Made by a program: the position numbers and the translations under genes. The notes under the pieces are model-generated. The model was not told where the DNA came from. It did no database searches and was given only the letters and a program-made list of their open reading frames with translations. A stretch of 64,000 nt of DNA from Prorocentrum cordatum (Eukaryota), in assembly GCA_963575745.1 (NCBI GenBank), contig CAUYUJ010000214.1, forward strand, positions 62,001 through 126,000. Direction: 5' to 3'. This document shows positions 1-13,872 of the stretch, in pieces (the first letter of the stretch is position 1; every line of letters begins with the position of its first letter).

Positions 1-1984
1 TCAGACGGCTGTCTCACAATGTGGCACTTCCCGCAATGAATTGCATGTCTGTATGGCTCTATGAACAGAGAACTTGGAGGGAGGGTTTATTGCAGCATCG
101 TGGACGCGTCATGGGTTACAGTGCTCCTACTCCTCCAACGCTTCTCGATGAAAGACGATGGCTCCGCGGCGCGGTGCCGACATGCACGCGCGGCTCCTCC
201 CCCTTCCCCCTCCTCATCACCGGGCCCCGTCGTTGAAGAGCGTGCCCCACGCGGACGAAGAAACCTCTGAAACCCTGCCGTCTTATCTTCTTCTCCCTGG
301 GGCGTCGGAGGTCTGGGGGCGTTTGCCGAGACAAGGGGGCTCCTCACCCCACGGGCTTCCGACATAATGATGCACCACCGAGCTGTGTCGGCTTGCCCGG
401 ACCGAGCCCAATATCAAGGGCGGAGGGAGTGGGGGGAAACGAACGATGCGCGCTACTATCCGCGCCAGGTGGCGCACCATTGTGTCGACGCACCATATGA
501 AGAGGGAAGTTGGAGGGAAGGTGTATTGCAACGTCGTTCACGCGTCTTGGGGTTTCACTGGTCCATCGTTCCTTTTCCTTGTAGATAACTCCTCCCTGTC
601 GCGCCCCGAGGCCAGTCGAAAAAGCGGGCCAGGCGTTTCGCTTGAAACTTTCTCACCTTTGATGATCCTGCACTGAAAAATTCGGCCACAGATTTACAGA
701 TGGAGGGCGGGTGGTTTTGAACATGTGGCTCTCGCTTTAGCGTCGTGCACACTCGTATTAAACCTTACATCAAAGTACGGAAACAAATCCAGGCCAACGC
801 TTTTACAGAGGCTCCTGGAGTCTGGATAAGGTTCCACATATCCTGAGCGGGTGTGCAGTTTATCGTGAGCTCCCAAATTGGTTTCGAACGTTTCCCGGAC
901 CTGTTTAGAATTGTTGCTGAACATGTATCGGATCTTGGAACATTATTCGAAATGTTATCGATGTGTTGTTTCAAGCTTTGTCCACATTCATTTACAACAT
1001 TTGAACTTGTTCGGTCCCACCTGGACTTTCGAACTTGTTTCGGGCTTTTGCTTTCCGTGGTTTCCGAGCTCGAGCTTCTAATTCTTTCCTCGCCCGAACC
1101 ACAGCCCTAGTTTTTTACGTGTTCCAGCGAAGCCCATCTCGCCCCTCACCAGCCAATTCCAACCTTAGCGTCGTGCGCATTCGTATTACGAAATGCATTT
1201 TTTTTGCGGATTCAGGGAGGGTCGTTTTCAACACGTGGTTCTCGCGTTAACGCCGCGCACATTCTCTTTAAACGTCAGCAGCAGTTTCACGGATTGTGGG
1301 CGGTTCCGTTTCAGATTGTGGTTCTCGTTTTAGTGCCGCGCACATTCGTTTTAAGATTTCGTGAGAGTTTTCTTGATTGTCATGCTTAGCGTGACAGAGA
1401 TTGTGTTTTGGAAGGATGCAAGATTGTCAGGGCGCAACAGTCACGCCGATTCGCGGTGTTGCAGTCCCAGGAGTGGTGTTCTGGCACGATTCAGGAACGC
1501 CAAGACGTACCAGTCATATTGATTCGTGGCGTAGAACTCTTGAGAACAATGTTTTGGCACGCTTCAGGATTTTCACACGGTTGTCCCCCTACGGAGCAAT
1601 TCCTTCAGTGGCAATGAACCTTTTGTAGAGACCTTGAAGAGGGAGCTTGGAGGCACGGTGTATTCCAACATTGTTGATGAGTCTTGGGTTGACACTGGTC
1701 TTCTTCTTCTTCTCCCTCCTCCTCCTCCTTTTCCTTCCCCACCCTTCCTCCTCCATCCGACTTTTGAGCGCTTTGAGACAGTGGGTTTGGCGACTCGATA
1801 GCGTGCACCGCTGCTCGTCAGCTTGGTTTCGGCAGTTAGTGTGAGCAAGTGATGTTAGGGTTTTAGGACCCTGTTAACAGTGGGCAGGCTGGTGGCCTGC
1901 ACTTCGCGGCCGTTGGGTCGGCCCCAGGGCGTGTCTTGTCTCACGAAGCGGACATTGGCCCCAATGGGTGTCTGATCAGATTCT

Positions 1985-2382
1985 CCTCCATCGCGTCCTC
2001 CTCCTCGTCCGCCGCCTCTTCCGCCGCCTCCTCCGCCTCATCCTCCTCCTTCTCCGCCTTCTCCGCCTTCTCCGCCTCCCTCCTCCTCCTCCCCCTCCTA
2101 CCCCATCCCTCCTCCTCCATCCCTCCTCCTCTCCCATCCCTCCTCCTCCTCCTCCTCCTCCTTCGCCTCCTCCCTAATCCTTTCCCCTCCATCCCTGCTC
2201 CTCACCCATGCCTCCTCCTCCTCCTCCTCCTCCTCCTCCTACTCCTCCTCGTTCTCCTCCTTCTCCTCCTCCTCCTCCATCTCCATCCTCATCCCTCCAT
2301 CATCCTCCTCCATCCTCCTCCTCCTCCTCTCCTCCTCCTCCTCATCCTCATCCTCATCCTCATCCTCTCATCATCATCATCA

Positions 2383-2432
<50 letters not shown>

Positions 2433-2730
2433 TCATCATCCCCCAAACCCTCCTCCTCCTCTCTCTCTTCGTTCTCCCTCGCCTCCTCCCCATCCTTTGT
2501 CCCTCCTCCCCCATCCCCCATCCCATCTCCTTTTCCTTCCTCCTCTCTCCGTTCTCTCCTCCCCATCCTCCTCCTCCTCCTCCTCCTCCTCCCTCCCATC
2601 TCCTCCCCTCCTCCTCCTCCTCCTCCTCCTCCTCCTCCTCCTCCTCCTCTCCTCCTCCTTCCTCCTCCTCATCCTCCTCCTCCTCCCCCATCCTTTTTCC
2701 TCTCCCATCCCTCCTCCTCACGTCCTCCTC
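1985..2730. repeat. Degenerate (CCT)n/(CAT)n microsatellite
   Basis: Direct reading. Confidence 0.95.
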
Positions 2731-4214
2731 CGCAGCCGCGCGCCCACCTGCCGGGGCCGGGCGCGAGGCCCGCGCCCGTCGGCCTCCGGGGCTCCTTCCC
2801 TCTCTCGGGCGCGCCGGCGCCCATGGTGGCCATGGCGCACCTCGGGGAGCCGCGCGGGCGACGAGCTGTTGCAGTGCAAAATAAGTATTGTTGATCCCCC
2901 CCCTCCGGTGACCATGCGGTATTTTTTTGATATAAATAAGTGCTTCCCCCAGGGCTCGCACCCCGTTTCTCATCAGGGGAAGTTACGGGGCTCAAAGTGG
3001 GCCCCCGGGCGCCCGGTTTACATCAACAGCGGCTCCCGCCTGATACTTCCTCACAATTTACTTATGCGACCGCCCTGCGGGCGATAAGGAGGTTGGGGGG
3101 GATTGGGATCAAATGCCCACCCTGACTGACCTCCAGCCTCCTGACCCTGAATTGATGGATTGGGTTGGGTGGATTGGATTGGATGGGATTAGATGGATTG
3201 GATAATATAAGATGGGTTGGATAGGAAGAAATGTATTGGATAAGATAAGGTGGATTGGATTGGCCCGCCGCAGGCGCAGAAGCAAATGAATTGATGGATT
3301 GGGTTGGGTGGGATAAGATAAGATGGGGCAATATGGGTTCGACAAGATGGATTGGATTGGACAAGATGGATTGGATTGGATAAGATAAGCTGGATTGGAT
3401 AAGAAAGCCCGCCGCAGGCGCCGAAACAAACTAATTATGAAATTAGCGACATGCGTTAGCGCCGGGACGCTCGGGACACCCGGGACACCCGGGACAGCGC
3501 CCGACCCAACTGGGACACCTCCTGGCCACCGGCGGACGGGAAACGGACTTTCGCTCCTTCTTCGGCATAGGTACACGAGGATCACGCGCAGCTTCGCCCC
3601 GCCCGCACGCACGACACGAACACGAAAGCGAAACCGATTTCACGGTGGGGGGTCTCCGTTTCACTGCGATGTCACCCCCCAACCTCCGATTCCCAAATCG
3701 CGCTCTCGCGCGGGACTCCCTCACAACTTGTATACGAATCGCGCTCTCGCGTGGGACTTCCTCGCAGTTTATTCAGACGATGCGCCCTCGGCGCTCAGGA
3801 ATCACGCTCTCGCCTTGGCTTTTCGAGCGATTTACTTGGGAATCCCTCTATCGCTCGAGACTTCCTCGCGATTCATACAGGACCCACGCTTTACGCTTCA
3901 GCAGCCCGCCTGCTCGACCTGGTCGCCTGGGCCCGCCTTCCCGACCTGCCCGCTATGGGTCTGCCCATCCGATCTGCCAGTCTGGTTCTACCAGTGGTTG
4001 TCTGCTGTAGTTCTCTCGTGCTCCATTATTCTCCCTTCCCCTTCCGCCCGTCTTCTCTTCCCCTGTTTTAGGGGCTGCACTAAAGGCACGTGGCAGGTAA
4101 GGAAGATATACCCCCAAGGGGGTACGATCTAAGACGACGGGGGTGGGTACCGAGGGCTTGGGATATACGTATTGCTTGGCACGAGAGCAGATAAAAGCGA
4201 ACAGTCTTAAACTG

Positions 4215-4233
4215 ATTGTTGTTGTTGTTGATG

Positions 4234-4275
<42 letters not shown>

Positions 4276-6050
4276 GAACATTATTCCTTCTAAAGAATTA
4301 TTATTGTTGGGACCCCTGGTGCGCGACCTCTGCGCCGCGCCTAGGCCGCAGCTACATTTTCATCATTTTTTCGCGAAAGCTTCAGAAAAGTGGATGAGCT
4401 CCGGATCCGGTTTTTTGTTGACGCTCGTTTTCCCTTGCAAAAAACAATAGAAAATGAAAATTCTTGTTTTTACTTGATCAAATTGCAAGAATCCCTTGCA
4501 AAAAATAAGGTAAAGTGGACATTCGTGCGCGCAAGACGAAATCCTTCCAAAACCTTAGGTTTCGTAGCGATTTTAACATAAAAACATCAAAAACCCAATG
4601 GTTTTCTCAGAAAAAATTGTCAAAATGTCCTTCCGCGCGCTCTTGCGGATTCCTAGGAAACCCACCAGATTTTAAACATTTCTGTTAAAAGGGCCTTTGC
4701 GAGGAACCTTTTCAGGTGCTTCGACCTTCTGCAACAACGGTTGCGAGCCTACGAGGGCCACCATCCCTTGCAAAAAATGACACGAAGTGCACATGCGCGC
4801 GGCCGCCGCGCGCGCGTGCCGAAATCCTGCCAAACATAATGTGATTTCAATAATTTCAAGATGCGATGTTCCGAAATTTCAAGATGCATGTTCTATCTCT
4901 CTCTCCACTGGCTCTCTGTCTTGCTCTCTCTCTCTCTCTCTCTCTGTCTCTCTGTACTATGTATGTCATACGCAACAAATGCACCATGCGGGGCACATGC
5001 GGGGCCCAAACAAGTGATCAACCTCTGCGGGTGTGTACTCCACGCCAGTGTAGTATCCACGATCGTCCGCGCGCCACGAAGTGAAGTGTCCTGACGTCAT
5101 AGGGCGGGAAGCTGGGTGTGGGTGGTTCCCGAGAGTCGTGTGGATGTTTGGTAGAGCTTGCATTGCCCCCCCACGAAGTGGGGGTATTGGCTGGCGTCGC
5201 ATGAAAACCCTGGCACTGGGGAGAACACTGAGCGTTCGGGTAAAATGATTGTTGTTATTGTTATTGTTGTTGTTGTTGTTGAACATGATTAATTCTAAAG
5301 AATAATTATTGTTGGGCCCCCTGGTGCACGCCCCCCCCCCCGCGCCTAGGCCGCAGCCACATTTTCATAATTTTCGTGAGGAAGTCTCAGGTAAAACGAT
5401 GTCATCCAGATCCGGTTGTTTTGTTGACGCCCGCTTTCCCTGTCAAAAACACTATAAAATGACATGTCTTGTTCTAACATAACCAAACTTCAAGAATCCT
5501 TTGCAAAAAATGACACGAAATGCACACTCGCGCGCGCAAGATGAAATCCTTCCAAAACCTTAGTTTTCGTAGCGATTTTAACATAAAAACATGAAAAACC
5601 CAATGGTTTTTCAAAAAAAAAGTTTCAACAAATCATCTTGCGCGCTCTTGCGGATTTCTGAGGAAACCCAATATTTTTTCAACATTTCTGTCAAACGGGC
5701 TCTTGCGAGCAACTTTTTCACGTGCTTCGAACTTCTGCAACAACGGTTGCGCGCATGCCAGGGCCATCATCCCTGTCAAATAATACCATATTGGACACAT
5801 TCGTTTTTTCTTCGCGCGCGCACGCCGTCGTCGTCGGCCGCGGGGCCCTGAATAGTAGCCACGGTCGTCCGCATGCCACGAAGTGAAGTGTCCGAACGTC
5901 ATAGGGCGGGAAGCTGGGTGTGGGTGGTGGCGAAGAGTCGTATGGAAATTTGGTAGAGCTTGAACCGGCCCCCCCACAAAGTGGGGGTATTGCCCGCCTC
6001 TTATGAAAACCCTGGCACTGGTGAGAACGGAGTGTCCCCAGTCTTAAATG

Positions 6051-6083
<33 letters not shown>

Positions 6084-6130
6084 AAAAATCGCAGTTCTGA
6101 AGAATAATTATTATTGGTCCCCCCTTACCG
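4215..6130. repeat. Diverged tandem 0.8-1.0 kb non-coding repeat units separated by (GTT)n
   Basis: Units start after (GTT)n at about 4277, 5281 and 6082 (TTCTAAAGAAT.ATTATTGTTGGG.CCCC). Units 1 and 2 share internal blocks such as AATCCTTCCAAAACCTTAG.TTTCGTAGCGATTTTAACATAAAAACAT. Confidence 0.85.
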
Positions 6131-6780
6131 GTGCATATTGTTTTTTCTCCATCAACGTGTCCCCCTCGACGCTCGCACCCTTTCTTTTGACAGGGAAAGT
6201 CTTGATGCTCAAACTGCGCCCCTGGCCCCAGGTTTCAACAACAACGGCTCCCGCCTGAGACGTCTTCACAATGTAGCCAGGACCCCCGCTCCCGCCTGAG
6301 ACTTCCTCGCAGTTTATTCAGGAATCGCGCTCTCGCTTGGGACTTCCTTACAATTTGTTCAGGAATCGCTCTCCCAGCGCTCTGGAGTCGCGCTCTCGCT
6401 GGAGACTTGCGTGCAATTTACTAAACAAGAGCGCCCTTACGTTGGAATGTCCTGCAATTTACTCAAGCGCCGCGCTCCCGACACCCAGGCACCCAGGAGT
6501 CGCGCCCGTCGTGGCCCCATGTGCATGCCCTTCGTGGCCCCGCTGTCGCCCTTCGTGGCCCCTTCGCTGTCCTACGTTGCCCAGTTGCTACCCTCAGTGG
6601 CCCCGTCGTTGCCTTCTGTGGCCCCGCATTATCTGCCCTTCGTGGCCCCCGCTCGTTTGCGCTCTTCGTGGCCCCATACGCATTCCCTTCGTGTCCCCGC
6701 TGTCGCCCTTCGTGGCCTACTTCGTGCCCTTCGTGGCCCTGCTGTCGTTCTCTCTCTCTCTCTCTCTCTCTCGCTTTCGC

Positions 6781-6847
<67 letters not shown>

Positions 6848-7099
6848 GGTGGTCGGTCCCCTGTCCGTCCCTCTTAGCGTTGGGTTGCCGCCGATCAGCG
6901 CTGCCGCTGGCCAGGTCGACGGCCCGCGGGCTCCCCGCCGCTTGCCGGGGCCTGGCCTGCAGGGAAGAAAGGTATGACCCCCAAAAGGGGTACGATCGAA
7001 GACGAAGAGGGCGGGTATCGAGTGTTTCGGAAATCGGTTCACAGACGCTCGAGCAGATGAACGCGAACAGTCTCAACATGATTGTTGTTCTTATTGTGG

Positions 7100-7143
<44 letters not shown>

Positions 7144-7192
7144 GCTGCTGCTGCTGCTGTTGTTGTTGTTGTTGTTGTTGTTGTCGTTGTCG

Positions 7193-7240
<48 letters not shown>

Positions 7241-7683
7241 GTTGTCCTTTGTTGGTGTAGTAATTCCCCATATCCTAAGGATTGGGGTTCTTGCTATTAC
7301 TCTGACGCCTCCCACTCCTCCTCCTTCCTCCCGCCTCCCGCCTCCCTCCTCCCAATGATAATCACCAGATAAGACAAGACACTATAAGATACTACAATAT
7401 AAGATAAGATAGCACAATATATGATGAGGTAAGATAAGATATATGACACTGTAGGATAATATATAAGATAAGACAGCCCATGGAGTAATACGATAAGACA
7501 AGACATGATTCGATAATATGAGTTGATATAAGATAAGCTAAGACAAGATAAGAAATTTCAAGAAAAGATAAGATAGAGGGCAATAAAGGTAAGATAAGAT
7601 AGGACTCGATAAGATAAGATGAGACTCACTCTCACTCAGACTCACTCACAGTCACATTCACTCACACTCACACTCTCTCATGA

Positions 7684-8490
7684 TCACAAAACGCTGCCAG
7701 GGGCATCACTTGGGAGCCCCAAGGGGGAGCCACCCTGGCTGATCTCACGAGCCCGTTCGCGCCGATTTTGGTGGGACGCCTCAGCTAGAATTGCCGTTTG
7801 GCGTCCCCAACATGTATCTCTTGAGAGCCTCATGGTCACAAAACGCTGCCAGGGGCATCATTTGGGAGCCCCAAGGGGGAGCCACCCTGGCTGATCTCAC
7901 GAGCCCGTTCGCGCCGATTTTGGTGGGACGTCTCAGCTAGAATTGCCGTTTGGCGCCCCCAACATGTATCTCTTGAGAGCCTCATGGTCACAAAACGCTG
8001 CCAGGGGCATCATTTGGGAGCCCCAAGGGGGAGCCACCCTGGCTGATCTCACGAGCCCGTTCGCGCCGATTTTGGTGGGACGCCTCAGCTAGAATTGCCG
8101 TTTGGCGTCCCCAACATGTATCTCTTGAGAGCCTCATGGTCACAAAACGCTGCCAGGGGCATCATTGGGGAGCCCCAAGGGGGAGCCACCCTGGCTGATC
8201 TCACGAGCCCGTTCGCGCCGATTTTGGTGGGACGCCTCAGCTAGAATTGCCGTTTGGCCTCCCCAACATGTACCTCTTGAGAGCCTCATGGTCACAAAAC
8301 GCTGCCAGGGGCATCATTTGGGAGCCCCAAGGGGGAGCCACCCTGGCTGATCTCACGAGCCCGTTCGCGCCGATTTTGGTGGGACGCCTCAGCTAGAATT
8401 GCCGTTTGGCGTCCCCAACATGTATCTCTTGAGAGCCTCATGGTCACAAAACGCTGCCAGGGGCATCATTTGGGAGCCCCAGGGGGGGTC
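7684..8490. repeat. 152-bp tandem satellite, about 5.3 near-identical copies, with degenerate partial copies to about 8600
   Basis: TCACAAAACGCTGCCAGGGGCATCA recurs at 7684, 7836, 7988, 8140, 8292 and 8444. Confidence 0.97.
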
Positions 8491-8749
8491 CACCAGGGGC
8501 TTCATAGTCACCAAACGCTGCCAGGGGCAGCATTTTGGCTTCCCAAAGAGGAGTCGACCCGGGCCTCCTAGTCGCCAGACACTGCCAGGGGCACCATTGG
8601 GATTCAGACTCGCACCCAGACTCACTCATACACAAGCTCACTCACACTCAGATTCATTTCTTCAGAGTCAGGCACACACAGACGTACCCATACTCAGACT
8701 CACCCACACTCAGGCTCACCTAACCCAGACTCCGTCAGAAGCCAGTAGC

Positions 8750-8760
8750 GAAGAGAGCAG

Positions 8761-8801
<41 letters not shown>

Positions 8802-8866
8802 GGAGAGAGCGAGAGAGAGAGAGAGAGCGCGCGAGCGCGAGCGCGAGCGCGAGCGCGAGCGCGAGC

Positions 8867-8912
<46 letters not shown>

Positions 8913-8953
8913 GCGAGCGAGAGAGAGAGAGCGAGAGAGAGAGAGAGAGAGAA

Positions 8954-8997
<44 letters not shown>

Positions 8998-9034
8998 AAG
9001 AGAGAGAGAGAGAGGAAGCGAGAGAGAGGGAGAG

Positions 9035-9068
<34 letters not shown>

Positions 9069-9186
9069 TTGAGAGAGGAGACAGGCGAGAGAGAGGAGAC
9101 AGGCGAAGAAGAGAGAAGAGAGAGAAAGAGAGAGAGAGAGAGGAGAGAGAGAAGAGAGAGAGATGAGAGAAGAGAGAGAGAGAGAT

Positions 9187-9257
<71 letters not shown>

Positions 9258-9279
9258 GAGAGAGAGAGAGGGGGGGGGG

Positions 9280-9344
<65 letters not shown>

Positions 9345-9559
9345 AGAGCGAAGAGAGAGAAGAGAGAGAGATAGAGAGAGAGAGAGAGAGCGAGAGACGA
9401 GAGAGAGAGAGAGCAGAGAGAGAGAGAGAGAGAGAGAGAGCGGGAGAGAGCGAGGGAGAGCGAGAGAGAGCGAGAGAGAGCGAGTGAGAGCGAGAGAGAG
9501 AGAGAGAGAGCGAGAGAGAGCGACAGAGAGCGAGAGAGAGCAAGAGAGAGCGAGAGAGC

Positions 9560-9647
<88 letters not shown>

Positions 9648-9674
9648 AAGAGAAGAGAAGAGAAGAGAGAGAGC

Positions 9675-9707
<33 letters not shown>

Positions 9708-9948
9708 GAGAGAGCAGAGAGAGAATAGAGAGAAGAGAGAGAGGAGAGAGAGAGAGAGAGAGAGAGCAGAGATAGAGGCAGAGAGAGAGAGGCACAGAGA
9801 GAGAGGCAGAGAGAGAGAGAGAGGCAGAGAGAGAGAGGCAGAGAGAGAGGCAGAGAGAGAGAGAGAGGCAGGGAAAGAGAGGCAGAGACAGAGAGAGGGC
9901 AGAGAGAGAGAGAGAGACAGAGAGAGCAGAGAGAGCAGAGAGAGAGGC
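8750..9948. repeat. (GA)n microsatellite, degenerate, about 1.2 kb
   Basis: Direct reading. Confidence 0.97.
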
Positions 9949-10082
9949 AGCTCAGTCACACTTAAATCCAGATTCGTCCTCACCGAGTCCCACCACCAAG
10001 GGAGCGCCAGCAAGGAGATGCACATATGGGGATCCCCACGCAGTGAATAATTGTTGTTGTTGCTGCTCTTGCTGCTGCAGCT

Positions 10083-10134
<52 letters not shown>

Positions 10135-10193
10135 TTGCTGTTGTTGTTGCTGTTGTTGCTGCTGTTGGTTGTTGTTGCTGCTGCTGTTGTTGC

Positions 10194-10229
<36 letters not shown>

Positions 10230-10254
10230 CGTTTGAAGTCTCCCAGCTTTTTCC

Positions 10255-12770
10255 CTCTCGATCTCGGCCTCTGGGGCCCGTTCTCGGGCTTCAGGGCCAT
10301 CAGAAACGGATCCGGGATGCAACGCCTACCCCGGGGAACGGGTCGAGACCTGCGGGGTCGCGGATGGAAGGAAGCACGCTGGAGGATGTCTGTCGCGCGG
10401 GGCGGCGCAGGGGCGACCAAAAATGAAGGTGTTTGCGTGCCAGGGCATTTTCTTTTGCGGAGTTGGGCGCCCTGGCGCGGACGGCCGAACGATTCCTGCA
10501 GCGGGACACCCTGGCCACGCGGTCGCCGCCGCAAAAACTGCCCGTTCAAGGCTGGCGCCGCGCAAAGAGGGCGCCGAACGACGCCGCGCACGGGGATGGC
10601 GATGGTCAGGACGATGACGACCGGCGATGGCGGTGATGACGACTGCGACGAAATGCTTTTCCCTAGTCCCATGGCGCCAACATCGCAGAGCGGATCTCGC
10701 TCGGGAATCAATGGGGATGGGCCCAGATTGTCCTGGATGAGTACGTTCCAGATTTCGAAGTGAATTTCGTGCGGGATTTTTTTGGCCAGAAACGAAGACT
10801 AAGAATCAGAGTGAAGGGGCCGACCGGCCATTCATTGTCCCTGGGCGCGTGGCTAAATAGGGCATTTGTAATGAACATTCCGCTTTTGCGCTGTTGTGGT
10901 TGTTGCTGTTGTTTGTTGTCGTCGTCCCACCCGCGACCCGCCCGCGACCCACCCCGCGACCCACCCCGCGACCAACCCCGCGACCCACCCCGCGACCCAC
11001 CCAGCGACCCACCTCGCGACCCACCCCGCGACCCACCCGCGACCAAACCCGCGACCTACCCAGCGACCCACCCCGCGACCCACCCGCGACCCACCCGCGA
11101 CCCACCCGCGACCCACCCCGCGACCCACCCGCGACTCACCCGCGACCAAACCCGCGACCCATCCGCGAACAATCCGCGACCCACCCGCGACCCACCTCGC
11201 GACCCACCCGCGACCCACTTCGCGACCCACCCTCAAAGGAGGAAAAACCACCCAGACCCGACAATTGACGCTTACTAAGCGATCTTGGGCGTTTACTGAA
11301 CAGCCCTGCCCTGTTCGATTCACTCCTTGTGTGCGTTTACTAAACGGCTTCGCTTGTCGGGGTGATTATTATGGGATGGATTTTCTGCCCTCTTCGCCCG
11401 CGACCCAACAGCGACCCAACCACGACCCACCCGCGACCCATTTGCGACCCATCCGCGACCTACCCGCGACCTACCCACATTGGTTTAACGAAAAATTCGG
11501 CGCATGCGGCGGGCTCCTGTGGAACTTTGGCGCCTGTGGCGGGCTTCTCCAGAGTCTCGCAAATTGCCGACGTCCCCACCGCCCCCTCACTCTTATCCGC
11601 ATCTGCGGGGTGCTACGTAACCCACGTGAAATTAACTTCGTTTTTCGCTGTTTTTTTATGGGTTCTGTATAAACGGAAATCCACGCAAAATTCCGCTGCA
11701 GCACATCCGCAAGGTCGGTGCAGTGACTAATCGCGTTCCGCCAGAGGGTTCTCATGGATGTAAGCAAGGACCACGCAAGCGTCCCACAGGAGGGGGGGCG
11801 GGGAGCACATGACCGCGGGCGGAGATCTTTTGGTCCAGCAGCCGTTTCGCCTGAGACGATCCTTGCAGTTTATTGGGGAATCATGCTCTCGCCTCAATTC
11901 GGCCACGCGCTGGGGTGTGGGGGGAGGTGGGAGGGCTTCTTAGAAGCACCCCTGCTTCTTAGAAGGCGCGGGCCTTATCTATAGATGTGAGGCCGGCGCC
12001 TTCTAAGAAGCAGCCTCCTTCTAAGAAGCCCTCCCCCCTCCCTCCACCCCCTTGTGCGAGCCGCCAATCAATGCTGGCCAGGATCCCGGGCAAGAGGGGA
12101 ATCCGAGCTGCCATTCGAGGCTTTTCCCCCGAAGATGGCTCCCGAGACCGCCAGCAAGGCCCCAAGGGTACCCCAAGAGGTCCCCAGAGGCCCCCCAAGA
12201 CATCCCCGAGAGGCCTCAAGAGGCTCCCAGGAGGCCCCTCAGTGCCGCCACGAGGCCCCCGAGAGTCTTCCAATAGACCACAACAGGCCTGCTAATGAGG
12301 CCTCTTGTCCACGACCCAGTCTGGCCGAAGGCCACTGAGCACAACATACAGTACAGGCCAGCGGAATGAGCGAAGCGATTGAATGCACTAAGGTGCACAT
12401 GGCCGTCCTCTTACACCTGTCCTGGCTGCACCTTTCTGAGCAGTCCCTAGAAATACCTAGGAATGGACGTTTTCTCTGGCGGACCTGCGACTCCTCGACG
12501 CGCCTCTTTACTTGTGCTGCAGTTAGGTTACCTTGCCGGGGTAGTTTAAGTTGATTCCCGTTCTTCTGTTTGTTTTGATTTCGACCTCCTGGGCCCGTTA
12601 TCGGTCCCTTGGGTCATCAAAATGGATTTGGGGCGACAAACTACCCCTGGGGAAGGGGTCGGGACCTGTGGGGCCGCGGATTGAAACAATTACACTGGAG
12701 GATGTCTGGGACGACGATGGCGATGCTGATGACGACCGGCAATGGCGGTGATGACGACGACGACGATGAC
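10255..12770 (+). repeat. Two diverged copies of a dispersed repeat (10255-10645 and 12575-12760); the first carries an insert of about 200 bp
   Basis: Shared GGGCCCGTT.TCGG...CTACCCC.GGGGAA.GGGTCG.GACCTG.GGGG.CGCGGAT...CTGGAGGATGTCTG, then GATGACGACCGGC.ATGGCGGTGATGACGAC. Confidence 0.7.
10926..11232. repeat. 11-12-bp minisatellite (CCGCGACCCAC[C])n, with degenerate copies at 11397-11478
   Basis: Direct reading. Confidence 0.95.
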
Positions 12771-12940
12771 GGCGATGGAGGTGATGGCGACGTTGGTGAT
12801 GGCAAGGGGACTGGGTAGTGGTGATGGCGACGGCGGTGGTGATGGTCTCGTGGTGTTGCTGCTGCTGCTCATTCGCCGTGGGGGTCTGGGAGGGAGGGGT
12901 CCTGGGGTGGAGGGGGCGCAGAGAGGGGCGTCGTCCTCAG

Positions 12941-13009
12941 GAGCACCTCGGGGTCCGAATGGGCTGCCCACGCGCGGGGACCTCGTTCGCCGCTGAGCTC
13001 ATGAACCAG
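12941..13009 (+). CDS. Candidate host micro-exon (EHLGVRMGCPRAGTSFAAELMNQ)
   Basis: CAG|G acceptor, CAG|GT donor, 69 nt, phase 0. Confidence 0.4.
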
Positions 13010-13189
13010 GTGGGGTGGTGGAGCGCCGCGCTGGGCTCGCTCACACTACCCAGAACCAATTCACCAATTCTGGTTCGGGTGGCCCGTTGTTCGGCCCCCG
13101 AAAGGTCAGATATCGATCCTGCATGAAAAACTGGCCAGGATGCATCCCAGGAGGGGTCCATGTACCATCTTGAGCGGATTCTGGGCTAG

Positions 13190-13396
13190 TGGAGGGAGGA
13201 GAGGGGTGAGAAGGAGCAGGAGGAGGAGCAGGATCAGGAGGAGGAGGAGGAGGAGCAGAAGGAGGAGGAGGATGAGCAGGAGGAGGAGGAGGAGGAGGAG
13301 GAGGAGCAGGAGGAGTATGAGGGGGGATGGGGGAGGGTAAGGATGAGGATGAAGATGAGGCGACGAACATGGTGATGACGGCTGCGGTGATGATGC

Positions 13397-13479
<83 letters not shown>

Positions 13480-13607
13480 GTAATGCTGATGCTGATGCTG
13501 ATACTTATGCTAATGCTGATGCTGATGCTGATGCTGCTGAGGATGCTGATTTTCATGATGCTGGTGATGCTGGTGATGCTGGTAATTATGTTGAGGATGA
13601 CGACGGC

Positions 13608-13677
<70 letters not shown>

Positions 13678-13794
13678 ATGATGATGATGAGGATGAGGAT
13701 GATGATGATGATGATGCTGATGCTGATGCTGATGCTGGTGATGATGATGCTGATGTTGCTGCTGCTGCTGATGCTGATGATGATGATGCTGATT

Positions 13795-13872
<78 letters not shown>

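Noticed and set aside
7684..8490. CRISPR array
   Set aside because: Whole 152-bp units are near-identical, with no unique spacers and no cas genes.
8528..8545. Dinoflagellate spliced-leader relic (CATTTTGGCT)
   Set aside because: Only 10 nt match, within a degenerate satellite unit, and the flanks do not match the SL sequence.
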